A stretch of 64,000 bases of DNA, from NCBI GenBank assembly GCA_017303395.1, contig JAFLBN010000011.1, positions 16,249 to 80,248 on the forward strand, given 5' to 3'. Positions 19,835 through 29,899 of the stretch are shown here, in pieces (within the stretch, counting starts at the first letter, position 1; every line of letters begins with the position of its first letter). The notes beneath the pieces were generated by a model that had not been told where the DNA came from, did no database searches, and saw nothing but the letters and a program-made list of their open reading frames with translations. The position numbers and the translations under genes are program-made. This stretch comes from Chitinophagales bacterium. Lineage in GTDB: Bacteria > Bacteroidota > Bacteroidia > Chitinophagales > Chitinophagaceae.

Positions 19835-21757
19835 CTACTCTTTTATTAGTTGTTGTGCTTTATACACTTCACCATCCGATGTCAGTTTGATGAAATACAC
19901 ACCTTTATTTAAATCTCCTATGTACAGATAATTGTTGGAGAGTATTTGTTTTTTTACTTCTCTTCCTGCTACATCGTAAACCTGTATTATATTGTCTTTG
20001 CCTTTTGCTTTGATATAGATTTCGTTTTGTGTAGGATTCGGATACATTTCAAAAGCTTGTGCTGCACTCACTGATGCAATACCCGTACCACTGTTTTTGT
20101 ATTGCGGCTCTACTGCAATGTCTGATATCGGCAAGCCCAGGCCTATATCTGCTATCAACGTCATAGCACCGGTTGCGCTGATACTGTAAAACTTATCATT
20201 AACCGCACCCATCATATTAGCTGCTACAAAACCTTTGTTCGATACGCTTGTAGAATCGTAAAAGAAATCGATGTCTGTTGTCATATCACTAAGGTTCACA
20301 GTATATGCACCATTCATTACAGTGCTGAGTGTACCACCGTTCGGAGCGTTTATTTTTATGTAAGCCCCCAGCGAATCATCCAATCCAAACAGCTCTGTAG
20401 TTTTTGCGTTCACATAACTATTGGTATATGCTACTGCACCTATGCGTGGCATTTTGCCAACATTTACATCACCTGCTATATATGCTACTGTAGTATCTGT
20501 AACCGCTATTGCACCGTTGTCAGGATTCAGTCTGTAGTTCATACCATTTGCGCGGCTGATAACACGTATCCTATCTGCTACAGGGTTGAAGTCGAACGCT
20601 ACCATCCCTGTAGATCCCAGATTGATGGCAGTTGCCGTTGCGTTAACAGCTGTTGCTGCAGCAGTGTTTGTGCTGAGGGTGTACAACTGATATTCCATCG
20701 TAGCCATGTTGTAGCCCAATGCATAAAGCACACCATTCTTAGGACGGAAATCTATACCCACAATGCTCTGCCCTGCGCTAATGCCTGTTATGGCCATAGA
20801 GCTGCGGATGAATTTAGGATTATCACTATCGAAAGAAATAAGTGAACTGCCTTGCAATGCATACACCATTTTGCCCGTTACCGCAGGCATGGTTCTGTCT
20901 ATTACTACTGCAATGTTTTTTACATCCAGGCCACCACCTATCATGCCAACACTTGTTACCATACCTGTTGTCAGATTGATAGTGTACAGATTGTCATTGA
21001 TGTTAGCACCGGTATTGGCTGCCAGATATGCCATGTTAGTTACCGTAACAGGATCCATATAGATATCCATATCAATAGACTTTGTTACATTATTCACAAC
21101 TATACCACTAATGCCAACAGTGTTCAACGTACCGTTGTTAGGCGGTATTTGCGTTGTAAGTATATTCAGGCTCATATCATAGTTATACAATGTTGTAACT
21201 GTAGAACCTATGTAACTGTTAGTATATGCACATGCACCTATTGCGGCACTTGCTGCCGCGTTCACATCGCCTACTGCATAAGCGAGGTCCATATCTGTTG
21301 CTGCAATAGCACCTGTAACAGGGTGCAGGCGATAGTTCTTTTTATTAGCACCCACTACACGTATTCTGTCTACTGTGGGGTTGAAGTCGAAACTGATGGC
21401 ACTGTTGCTGCCCAACATCAGCATGATGGGCGTACTGTTGATAACAGTAGCTGCACCTGTCGTTGCATTGATTGTATATAATTGAGCCTCAGTGGTTGAT
21501 GAATTGTAACCCAATGCATATAGCTCGCCCGTGGCAGGCCTATAGTCTATACCCGCAACAGTTTGCCCTGCCGTCATACCCGTTATAGCAATTGGTGTGG
21601 TGGCAGTACCCGGTGCTGATGTGCTTGCCATTGTAAAGATTTTGTCGTCTTGCGTTATACCGACTATTTTTTGTGCTGATGCCTGTTGTGCATGTAGCAA
21701 AGATGCGAATGCCACAATGTTGAGTATCGTATTCTTCATAATGGTTGTTTTGAGCAT
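19835..21757 (-). CDS. secreted protein with two DUF4394-like repeats and a T9SS C-terminal sorting domain
   Basis: 640 aa with a signal peptide (an alternative start at 21739 gives MKNTILNIVAFASLL). Two internal halves share GIDYRPATGELYALGY / GIDFRPKNGVLYALGY and FDFNPTVDRIRVV / FDFNPVADRIRVI. The C-terminus YPNPTQNEIYIK...GVYFIKL matches a T9SS tail. Confidence 0.7.
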   Translation of the reverse strand: MLKTTIMKNTILNIVAFASLLHAQQASAQKIVGITQDDKIFTMASTSAPGTATTPIAITGMTAGQTVAGIDYRPATGELYALGYNSSTTEAQLYTINATTGAATVINSTPIMLMLGSNSAISFDFNPTVDRIRVVGANKKNYRLHPVTGAIAATDMDLAYAVGDVNAAASAAIGACAYTNSYIGSTVTTLYNYDMSLNILTTQIPPNNGTLNTVGISGIVVNNVTKSIDMDIYMDPVTVTNMAYLAANTGANINDNLYTINLTTGMVTSVGMIGGGLDVKNIAVVIDRTMPAVTGKMVYALQGSSLISFDSDNPKFIRSSMAITGISAGQSIVGIDFRPKNGVLYALGYNMATMEYQLYTLSTNTAAATAVNATATAINLGSTGMVAFDFNPVADRIRVISRANGMNYRLNPDNGAIAVTDTTVAYIAGDVNVGKMPRIGAVAYTNSYVNAKTTELFGLDDSLGAYIKINAPNGGTLSTVMNGAYTVNLSDMTTDIDFFYDSTSVSNKGFVAANMMGAVNDKFYSISATGAMTLIADIGLGLPISDIAVEPQYKNSGTGIASVSAAQAFEMYPNPTQNEIYIKAKGKDNIIQVYDVAGREVKKQILSNNYLYIGDLNKGVYFIKLTSDGEVYKAQQLIKE

Positions 21758-21846
21758 GTACGAAGCACAGGCCTGTTTGGTTTTATTTGTCTATAGCCAT
21801 ATTGATGTGGGGATGTACATTATCCCTAAATTTGCATTCTGAGGCA

Positions 21847-22710
21847 ATGAAAAAGAGCAGCACTATTTCTGTTATACAAACGCAAGAGGCACCCATAGAA
21901 CGTATTCTGGGGCAGCAGGCGCATGTTATCAGCCGCAGTTTGCTGCTGGAGAATAGAGATATTCATGCCGAACAAATCATTGTAACATTTGATGAGCACA
22001 ACTGGCCCGAAGAACATGCAAGGCTCAATCTTTTCCCTATAGCAGACGGACAGTTTTGCCTGCAACTCCTTTATCTTCAATACACTAGCAAGCCCGGAGA
22101 GGCCGAAGTGATGTGGATAGAATTCAAGCCTACTTATTTTGAACAATATCCTATATCACTGCTGGAAACAGAACAGCCCTTCCGTTTCGACCAGGTAACA
22201 GAGCAGCAGTTTTCTATTTGCAGCCAGTCTACGGCTATGCTGCAACAGATGAAAGAACCTACTGCACCTACCGCATTCACACAGGCATTACAGCAGAAAG
22301 AAACCATTATTGCACTACTGCGCCGCGCGTTGGAGTGCATCACGATGCCTTTTACCGTGTGTCCCGTGCCTGCCTGTCGCTTCCTGGCATATGATAGCGA
22401 ACGCGAAAAAGTAATGGAAGCACGCCGTGTGGTAGAGCTGCATTTCGATAATCCGCTGACGATAAAAGAACTATCGCGCAAAGTAGCGATGAACGAATGC
22501 TACCTGAAAAAAGGCTTTAAAGCACTGACAGGAAAAACAATACACGAATACACGCAAGACCTGCGCATCAGCAAAGCAAAAGAAATGCTGCAACAGCAGG
22601 GGCTCTCTGTATCAGACGTTGCCAATACACTTGGCTTCAGCAGTATATCGCACTTCAGCACGGCTTTCAAAAAAGCTACGGGTATGAAGCCTTGCGAACT
22701 GCTTTCTTAA
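21847..22710 (+). CDS. AraC family transcriptional regulator
   Basis: C-terminal AraC HTH (IKELSRKVAMNECYLKKGFKALTGKTIHEY...LGFSSISHFSTAFKKATGMKP). The start was moved to MKKSS at 21847. Confidence 0.85.
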   Translation: MKKSSTISVIQTQEAPIERILGQQAHVISRSLLLENRDIHAEQIIVTFDEHNWPEEHARLNLFPIADGQFCLQLLYLQYTSKPGEAEVMWIEFKPTYFEQYPISLLETEQPFRFDQVTEQQFSICSQSTAMLQQMKEPTAPTAFTQALQQKETIIALLRRALECITMPFTVCPVPACRFLAYDSEREKVMEARRVVELHFDNPLTIKELSRKVAMNECYLKKGFKALTGKTIHEYTQDLRISKAKEMLQQQGLSVSDVANTLGFSSISHFSTAFKKATGMKPCELLS

Positions 22711-24209
22711 CGAACGTATTTACCGATAAAAGGAAATGATTTCAGTTCTTTCTGCTCTTGTTTGAAGATGTAGAACATATAACCTGCAAACAGTACTGTA
22801 CCACTTGCTATGCGTATAGCGGCTACATCTACGTACCTGCTAATGAGCGCTTGCACACCATAGAGCAATAACATCACACCGAGGTATTTTGCCATCTTGC
22901 CTACTTCGTATGGTATAGGATAGTATTTCTGCCCCCACATAAAAGAGAGGTACATCATGCTACCATTGCACAAGAGCAAGCCCCAGGCACAGGCAGTGTA
23001 TCCCCAGAACGGAATAAATATCCAGTTGAAGATGACCGTAACAGATGCACCTACCAACATGATGTATGCCCCGAAGTTGGTCTTATCTGTCAGCTTGTAC
23101 CAGACGGTAAGGTTGTAGTAGATGCCAATAAAGATATTTGCCAGCAATAGTATAGGTACAAGGTTGAATTGACTGCGGTATTCAGGGCCTACAAAATATT
23201 TCCATATATCGAGGAACAGCATCACATTCAGGAACATCAACGCTAGTATCACTACAAACCACTTCATCACGCGTGCATAGGTAGGCTTGGCATCCTTATC
23301 CCCTGCTATGGAAAAGAAGAATGGTTCTGCCGCCATCTTAAATGCCTGCACCCCCAATTGTATAAATACAGATAACCTTATAGCTGCGCCGTAGAAACCT
23401 GTAATTCGCATCGCTTCTTTTGTATCTCCTTTATACAGGTGCATGTACATAGAGCGATTGATATTATCGTTTATCTGTCCTGCAAAACCAGAGATGAGTA
23501 TCGGCCAGCTATATAGCAATATTCTTTTCAGCAGTTTCGGGTCCAGCTCAAAACGGTAAGTAAGTAGTTCTTTCAACAACAAAGACAACGTAACAGCTGC
23601 CTGCAGCAAATTGGCAAACAGTATAAAGCCTATACCCCAGTGTTTATGATACCATGTAGCAAAAAAACTATCAGGCATTGATGCTGCAATCTCATCGCCG
23701 AAAGTGAATAAGAATACGATAGTTACTACATAGGCTATGATGCCCATTACTTTGGTAGCAGCATATTTGCGCGGCCTGTTCTCTCTCCTCAATTTTGCGT
23801 ATGGCAATGCAGACATTGCATCCAGTGCAATGATGGATGCAAACCAACCAAGGTAGGTTGTGTTATCCAGTTGCATCAGTTCACTTATCTGTCCGCTGAA
23901 TAAAAAGAAGATAGAAGAAAAGAAAAGTGTGGTAATCAGCATAGACGTCATCTGCGTACGATACAGCTTTTCTTCATTCTCTGAAGTACTGAAACGGAAA
24001 TAAGCCGTTTCCATACCGTAGGTATAGAGTACGTTTAGTATGGGGAAGATGGTATAGATGTATGTATTCTGCCCAAACACATATTGCCCTGCACTACCTT
24101 TAAGCGTATAGGTAAGATATGGTGTGAGCAGAAACGTGAGCATACGTGCGGCTATGGTGCTGACACCATACCACATTGTTTGCCCTGCCAGTTTTTTTAG
24201 TGAAGCCAA
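22707..24209 (-). CDS. oligosaccharide/polysaccharide flippase (MOP/Wzx family)
   Basis: 500 aa with about 14 predicted TM helices. The N-terminus SLKKLAGQTMWYGVSTIAARML is typical of Bacteroidota polysaccharide biosynthesis proteins. It has a TTG start. Confidence 0.7.
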   Translation of the reverse strand: MASLKKLAGQTMWYGVSTIAARMLTFLLTPYLTYTLKGSAGQYVFGQNTYIYTIFPILNVLYTYGMETAYFRFSTSENEEKLYRTQMTSMLITTLFFSSIFFLFSGQISELMQLDNTTYLGWFASIIALDAMSALPYAKLRRENRPRKYAATKVMGIIAYVVTIVFLFTFGDEIAASMPDSFFATWYHKHWGIGFILFANLLQAAVTLSLLLKELLTYRFELDPKLLKRILLYSWPILISGFAGQINDNINRSMYMHLYKGDTKEAMRITGFYGAAIRLSVFIQLGVQAFKMAAEPFFFSIAGDKDAKPTYARVMKWFVVILALMFLNVMLFLDIWKYFVGPEYRSQFNLVPILLLANIFIGIYYNLTVWYKLTDKTNFGAYIMLVGASVTVIFNWIFIPFWGYTACAWGLLLCNGSMMYLSFMWGQKYYPIPYEVGKMAKYLGVMLLLYGVQALISRYVDVAAIRIASGTVLFAGYMFYIFKQEQKELKSFPFIGKYVR

Positions 24210-24323
24210 TTTGTTTGGTTGTTGATTAGTTGATTGGTTGATTAGTTTACTTGTGACTGGATAACCTGTATGTATACATTTTCACTAATCAACTAATAAA
24301 CAAGTCAACCAATCAACAAAGCA

Positions 24324-25379
24324 CTAATCAATAACCCATGTTTCTCTTCCTTCCAGCAGCTTGTCAAGATTGCCCTTGCCTTTTGTTGCAATGGCATCTT
24401 CCAGTTGCAGCTTCATCGCATCCTCGTACGTAGGACGTTCTGCCTGATAGAACACACCAAACGGACGCGGATAGTGCCCTGCTGTTGCCGGATTATCGAA
24501 GAAACGGGTAAGTATCTGTGCTTTGAAGAAGTCTTTTTCGTCATGTATCCACAGGTCGTCTGCACTGTGGCCGTCTGCCATATCCACGAGCTGTGGCTTG
24601 TAGCCATCCAGCTTGATGCCCTTGTCTTTGTTGGCACCAAACAACAATGGCTGACCTTGCTCTAGGAACAGACATTCTTCCATCTTGCTGCCTTTCTCTG
24701 TAAATATCTCGAAAGCACCATCGTTAAAGATGTTGCAGTTCTGGTATATCTCCAGGAAAGAAGCACCGTGGTGCGCGTTGCTGCGCAGCAGCATCTGCTG
24801 CAGGTGTTTCGGGTCGCGGTCCATAGTGCGCGCTATAAAGCTCGCATCTGCACCCATGGCCAGTGCCAGTGGGTTGAACGGATGATCTATAGACCCGAAC
24901 GGTGTAGACTTGGTTACTTTATTTTCTTCAGACGTTGGCGAATACTGCCCTTTTGTAAGGCCGTATATCTGGTTGTTGAAGAGGAGGATGTTTACATCAA
25001 AATTCCTGCGTAGCAGGTGGATGGTGTGGTTGCCGCCAATGCTCAGGCCATCGCCATCGCCGGTTACAATCCATACGCTTAGCTCGGGGCGGGTAGCCTT
25101 CAGGCCGCTCGCTATGGCTGTGGCACGTCCGTGTATGCTGTGCATACCAAACGTATTCATATAATACGGGAAACGGCTGCTGCAGCCTATGCCCGATATA
25201 ATTACAATATTCTCTCGCGGGATGCCCGTTTGAGGAAGTATGGTTTGTACCTGTTTCAGTATCGAATAATCTCCGCAGCCGGGGCACCAGCGCACTTCCT
25301 GGTCTGTCGCAAAATCTTTTGCCGTAAGTGCAGGAGGCGGTGTTGTTACAACGTCACTCATAAGTAAAATATCATACAA
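24324..25379 (-). CDS. korB: 2-oxoacid:ferredoxin oxidoreductase, beta subunit
   Basis: 351 aa. WCPGCGDY cysteine motif and the TPP-binding block VTGDGDGLSIGGNH. Confidence 0.85.
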   Translation of the reverse strand: MYDILLMSDVVTTPPPALTAKDFATDQEVRWCPGCGDYSILKQVQTILPQTGIPRENIVIISGIGCSSRFPYYMNTFGMHSIHGRATAIASGLKATRPELSVWIVTGDGDGLSIGGNHTIHLLRRNFDVNILLFNNQIYGLTKGQYSPTSEENKVTKSTPFGSIDHPFNPLALAMGADASFIARTMDRDPKHLQQMLLRSNAHHGASFLEIYQNCNIFNDGAFEIFTEKGSKMEECLFLEQGQPLLFGANKDKGIKLDGYKPQLVDMADGHSADDLWIHDEKDFFKAQILTRFFDNPATAGHYPRPFGVFYQAERPTYEDAMKLQLEDAIATKGKGNLDKLLEGRETWVID

Positions 25380-25523
25380 ATTTACTGTATAAATAGCACT
25401 TATTGCAAATCTTGTCCTGCTATGACAAGCATTTATGAAAACCTTAATAGGTTTGTACTGATATTTCGATAAAGATAAAAACCGCAGGGCCCGTATTTAC
25501 GGGCTCTTTTTATCTTTACATCT

Positions 25524-26342
25524 ATGAAATCTCCCATTGGTATATTCGATAGTGGTTATGGCGGGCTGACGGTCTTCAAATCTATTGCTGCACACCTGCC
25601 GCAGTACGACTATATATATCTGGGCGATAACGGCCGTGCACCCTACGGAAACCGCAGCTACGAAACGGTGCATGAATACACGCTGCAATGCGTACAATGG
25701 TTTTTTGAGCAGGGCTGCGAGCTGGTGATACTTGCCTGCAATACTGCCAGTGCCAAAGCGCTCCGCACCATTCAGCAAGAAGACCTGCCGAAAATAGATG
25801 GTGGCAAACGTGTACTGGGTGTGATACGACCAACGGCCGAGGTAATAGGCAACTACACCAAAACAAAACACATAGCCGTACTAGGTACCCGCGGCACTGT
25901 CAATTCAGGTTCTTACGAAATAGAAATAGGCAAATTCTTCCCCGATGTGCAGGTGCACCAGATGGCATGCCCTATGTGGGTGCCTATTGTGGAGTATGGT
26001 GAATACAACAGTGATGGTGCAGACTTCTTTGTAAAAAAATACCTGGACCAATTGATGCAGGATGCACCGCAAACAGATACGGTACTGCTAGCCTGTACAC
26101 ACTATCCGCTGCTGATGGATAAAATAAAAAAACATCTGCCTGCAGGCATCAATGTAATAGCACAGGGCGATATTGTAGCCAACAGCCTTGCAGATTATCT
26201 GCAACGCCACCCTGAAATGGAAAGCAGGCTTAGCACAGGCAGCAAAATGAAATTTTATACAACGGACGATGTAAAGGATTTTGATGCACACGCTTCTGTA
26301 TTCTTTGGCAGGGCTGTTAGTTCAGCACATTTGCATTTGTAA
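25524..26342 (+). CDS. murI: glutamate racemase
   Basis: 272 aa. IGIFDSGYGGLTV, the catalytic Cys blocks LACNTAS and LACTHYP. Confidence 0.93.
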   Translation: MKSPIGIFDSGYGGLTVFKSIAAHLPQYDYIYLGDNGRAPYGNRSYETVHEYTLQCVQWFFEQGCELVILACNTASAKALRTIQQEDLPKIDGGKRVLGVIRPTAEVIGNYTKTKHIAVLGTRGTVNSGSYEIEIGKFFPDVQVHQMACPMWVPIVEYGEYNSDGADFFVKKYLDQLMQDAPQTDTVLLACTHYPLLMDKIKKHLPAGINVIAQGDIVANSLADYLQRHPEMESRLSTGSKMKFYTTDDVKDFDAHASVFFGRAVSSAHLHL

Positions 26343-26398
26343 TTTTAGCGTACCGTTATGGTTTAAAGTATTTATTTCGCTGCGTATAATATTCACTC

Positions 26399-27124
26399 AT
26401 GCGCCGCATATTCGCGTTTATAGTATTGCTGATGCCATCTGTCAGCTTCGGGCAGCAAAATCTTTTCAATGTTCCCAGTTCGGATATAACGAGGAAAAAC
26501 GGGCTTTTCTTTCAACAACAGGCTAATCTCTATAAAGGAGGTTTTCAGTTAAACACAACACTCTCTTATGGCTTGGGAAAACAATGGGAGATTGGTGTAA
26601 ATACGCTTGGCGTTACCTACGACAATGGTATCAACCAATTTGTATTTGATGATACTATTACCCCATATGCACCCATATTCGCTTTTAACGCACAAAAGAA
26701 GTTTGTCGTGAATAAAAACTTTTCCATTGGTGCAGGATTTCAGTTGGGACTCAACACTATTGATAAAGGAGGAGCTTATTGCTATGTGAACGGCGTATAT
26801 AATGTAGAAAAAACTGGCACTAAGCTTATAGGTGGTATTTACAGTAGCACAGACGGTATGTTTGGCAGCGAAACCAGAAACTGGATTACATCTGGTATGC
26901 TGCAATATGTGGGTATACAAGCAGGTGTAGAACAAAACATCTGGAAAGAGAAACTTCTTTTTCAGGCAGATTTTATAAGCGGCAAACACAATATAGGAGA
27001 GGTGGTAGTTGGTGGCGCATATTGTGTTACCCAAAAATGGGTAGTATCTGCGGGTTATCAGATACCTACATTCAATAGTAAGTCTGTTGATGCATTGGTG
27101 TTCGAGCTGACCTATGTACCATAA
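26399..27124 (+). CDS. hypothetical outer-membrane beta-barrel protein
   Basis: 241 aa. Signal peptide MRRIFAFIVLLMPSVSFGQ, alternating beta-strand pattern, C-terminal ...FELTYVP. Confidence 0.5.
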   Translation: MRRIFAFIVLLMPSVSFGQQNLFNVPSSDITRKNGLFFQQQANLYKGGFQLNTTLSYGLGKQWEIGVNTLGVTYDNGINQFVFDDTITPYAPIFAFNAQKKFVVNKNFSIGAGFQLGLNTIDKGGAYCYVNGVYNVEKTGTKLIGGIYSSTDGMFGSETRNWITSGMLQYVGIQAGVEQNIWKEKLLFQADFISGKHNIGEVVVGGAYCVTQKWVVSAGYQIPTFNSKSVDALVFELTYVP

Positions 27125-27129
27125 AACAA

Positions 27130-27151
27130 AAAGCGGCAACAAGTGCCGCTT
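27130..27151. terminator. bidirectional terminator hairpin; left copy of an exact 22-nt repeat
   Basis: AAAGCGGCAACAAGTGCCGCTT (stem GCGGCA/TGCCGC) with A/T runs on both sides. The identical 22-mer recurs at 31726-31747. Confidence 0.75.
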
Positions 27152-27172
27152 TATATATTTCATACTTTACTC

Positions 27173-29800
27173 CTAGGCTGTTACTTCCACACCGTCTTCT
27201 ATGTCTTTGTAGCGTTTCACCTGGTCGAGTGCATCAGGTACTACATCGCTTATCACAACAATAAAAGAATCTTTCTGTGCAGTGGCTATGGCGTGGTCTA
27301 TTGCTTCGCTCTCTTTGCGGAAGAGTGTTATCTTTTTCAGCGGGTCTATGTTTTTAATACCGCGCGTCATCAGTTCTATCATTTCTTCCTCAGTACGGCC
27401 ACGCAGGTTTTTATCCTGCCTGATGATGATTTCGTCAAATATCTTAGCCGATTCTTCGCCCAGCGATATAATGTCTTCATCTCTTCTATCGCCCACACCT
27501 GCTACTATACCTACTTTCAGCGGTGCATCTACAGACTGTACGTATTTACCTATTGCCTGTATACCATGCGTGTTGTGCGCATAGTCCAGCATCACTGTAA
27601 AGTTTTTGAAGTTGAACATATTCATACGTCCCGGTGTCATTGCCGGCGATGGTACGAATGTTTGCAACGCTAGGCGTATGTCTTCTGTTTTGAAATCGCG
27701 CACATAGGCAGCCAGTGTAGCACCCAGCACGTTCGATATATTGAACTCGGCCTTGCCCGAAAAAGTGATAGGTATGTTCGTCACTTTCTCTACGCGTATC
27801 TTCCAGCCACCTTTCAGTATGGTAACATAGCCATGCTCGTATACAGCTGCCAGTCCACCTTTTGAGCAATGCTCCTTTATGCGTGGATTATCTTCGTGCA
27901 GCGAGAAGAGTGCTACTTTACAATCCAGTCCTTCGCGCATAGCATATACCAGATCATCATCTGCATTCAGTATCGCATAGCCTTCGGGGAATACCGTTTG
28001 TGGTACTACACCTTTTACCCTTGCCAGTTTTTCAATTGTGTCTATGCCTTGCAATCCTAAGTGGTCAGCCGCTACATTGGTTACTACAGCCACATCGCAA
28101 TTGTGGAAGCCGAGGCCCGCACGCAGCAATCCGCCACGCGCACATTCCAGTACTGCAAAATCTACGGTAGGGTCTTTCAATACAAACTCCGCAGATACAG
28201 GGCCAGTACAGTCACCCTTTACCATTAGTTGATTTTGTATATACACACCATCGGTGGTAGTGTAGCCTACTTTGTGGCCCATCTGTTTTACAATGTGTGC
28301 TATCAGGCGTGTAGTAGTTGTTTTACCATTGGTACCCGATATGGCAATGATAGGAATCCTTGCACTTGTACCCGGTGGATACAGCATATCTATCACAGGT
28401 TCTGCAACGTTGCGTGGCAGGCCCTCTGTAGGGTCCAGATGCATACGGAAACCCGGCGCTGCATTTACTTCCAATATCGCACCACCGTTTTCTGTTATAG
28501 GTACACTCAGGTCTGGCGCCATGATGTCTATACCGCAAATATCAAGGCCTATGATGCGCGCTATACGCTCTGCCATAAATATATTGGTAGGATGCACAAA
28601 GTCTGTAACATCCGTTGCCGTACCACCCGTACTCAGGTTGGCTGTAGGCTTCAGCCATAGTTCTTCTTTATCTGCCAGTACAGTATCAAGCGTGTATTCT
28701 TTCTTGTTCAGCATGTCCATTGTAAAGTCATCTATTTTGATAGATGTCAATACTTTTTCGTGTCCATAACCACGGCGCGGATCCTGATTTACAATATCTA
28801 TCAGCTCTTGTATGGTGTGTTTGCCATCGCCAATTACTGCAGCAGGTGTACGCAATGCTGCTGCTACAAATTTGTAATTGATAACCAGTAGCCTGAAATC
28901 ACGACCTGTAATAAACTTCTCGCAAATAACGGCGCGTCCGTATTTCTTGGCTGCTGCCAATGCCACAACAGCATCATCCCACGTGCGGATGTTGGTAGTG
29001 GCTCCCTTGCCATGATTACCATTTACAGGCTTCAACACTATCGGGTAGCCTATCTTATCGATAGCTGCCTGCATATCATCTTCATCGTAAATGATGCGCC
29101 CGCGCGGAACAGGTATCTCTGCTGCTTCCAGCAGGTTTTTTGTTTCTTCTTTATCACAAGCTATTTCTACTGCTATGCTGCTGGTAGTGCTTGCAACTGT
29201 AGCCTGTACACGCTTCTGGTTTTTACCATAACCCAGCTGCACCAGCGAGTGCCTGTTCAGCCTGATGTAGGGTATCTTCCTTTTGATGGCTTCATCAACA
29301 ATAGAGCCTGTACTTGGCCCCAGGCGCTCGTCTTCACGTATTTCGCGCAGGTCTTGTATATCTTTTTCAAGGTCGTAAGGCTCACCTGCTATCAATGCCT
29401 CGGCAATACGCACAGCCGCTTTGGCTGTATATATACCTGCTTTCGCTTCGTAGTAAGAAAAGACTACATGATAAACACCACGCTTATCGCTTTCGCGCGT
29501 GCGGCCAAAGCCCGTATCCATACCGGCAAGTGTTTGCAGTTCTAATGCAATGTGTTCTATTACATGGCCCATCCACGTGCCATCTTTTACACGGCTAAAG
29601 AAACCACCAGGCGCACCTTCAGAGCAGCGATGCTCATACAGGCTGGGCATTAATGCCTGCAATCTTTCCAGAAACCCGTCTATTAGATTCGTAGGACGAT
29701 CTTCCAGCTCCTCCAGATCCAGCAGCATTACAATCAACTTATGTCGCTTCACAGACCAGTAGTTAGGGCCGTTCATCACTTTAATATCTAATATCTTCAT
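27173..29800 (-). CDS. cphA: cyanophycin synthetase
   Basis: 875 aa. An N-terminal domain, an ATP-grasp domain (YPIVLKPVNGNHGKG) and a Mur-ligase-like domain with P-loop ISGTNGKTTTTRL. This is the canonical CphA architecture and length. Confidence 0.92.
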   Translation of the reverse strand: MKILDIKVMNGPNYWSVKRHKLIVMLLDLEELEDRPTNLIDGFLERLQALMPSLYEHRCSEGAPGGFFSRVKDGTWMGHVIEHIALELQTLAGMDTGFGRTRESDKRGVYHVVFSYYEAKAGIYTAKAAVRIAEALIAGEPYDLEKDIQDLREIREDERLGPSTGSIVDEAIKRKIPYIRLNRHSLVQLGYGKNQKRVQATVASTTSSIAVEIACDKEETKNLLEAAEIPVPRGRIIYDEDDMQAAIDKIGYPIVLKPVNGNHGKGATTNIRTWDDAVVALAAAKKYGRAVICEKFITGRDFRLLVINYKFVAAALRTPAAVIGDGKHTIQELIDIVNQDPRRGYGHEKVLTSIKIDDFTMDMLNKKEYTLDTVLADKEELWLKPTANLSTGGTATDVTDFVHPTNIFMAERIARIIGLDICGIDIMAPDLSVPITENGGAILEVNAAPGFRMHLDPTEGLPRNVAEPVIDMLYPPGTSARIPIIAISGTNGKTTTTRLIAHIVKQMGHKVGYTTTDGVYIQNQLMVKGDCTGPVSAEFVLKDPTVDFAVLECARGGLLRAGLGFHNCDVAVVTNVAADHLGLQGIDTIEKLARVKGVVPQTVFPEGYAILNADDDLVYAMREGLDCKVALFSLHEDNPRIKEHCSKGGLAAVYEHGYVTILKGGWKIRVEKVTNIPITFSGKAEFNISNVLGATLAAYVRDFKTEDIRLALQTFVPSPAMTPGRMNMFNFKNFTVMLDYAHNTHGIQAIGKYVQSVDAPLKVGIVAGVGDRRDEDIISLGEESAKIFDEIIIRQDKNLRGRTEEEMIELMTRGIKNIDPLKKITLFRKESEAIDHAIATAQKDSFIVVISDVVPDALDQVKRYKDIEDGVEVTA

Positions 29801-29899
29801 ACTTCACAATATTTTGAGCTAATCAAGTTAATAAATATTAATGCGTAAGTCAAATGATTAAAAAGAATAAATTTGTAGAATTAATTTATTGTTATCATA

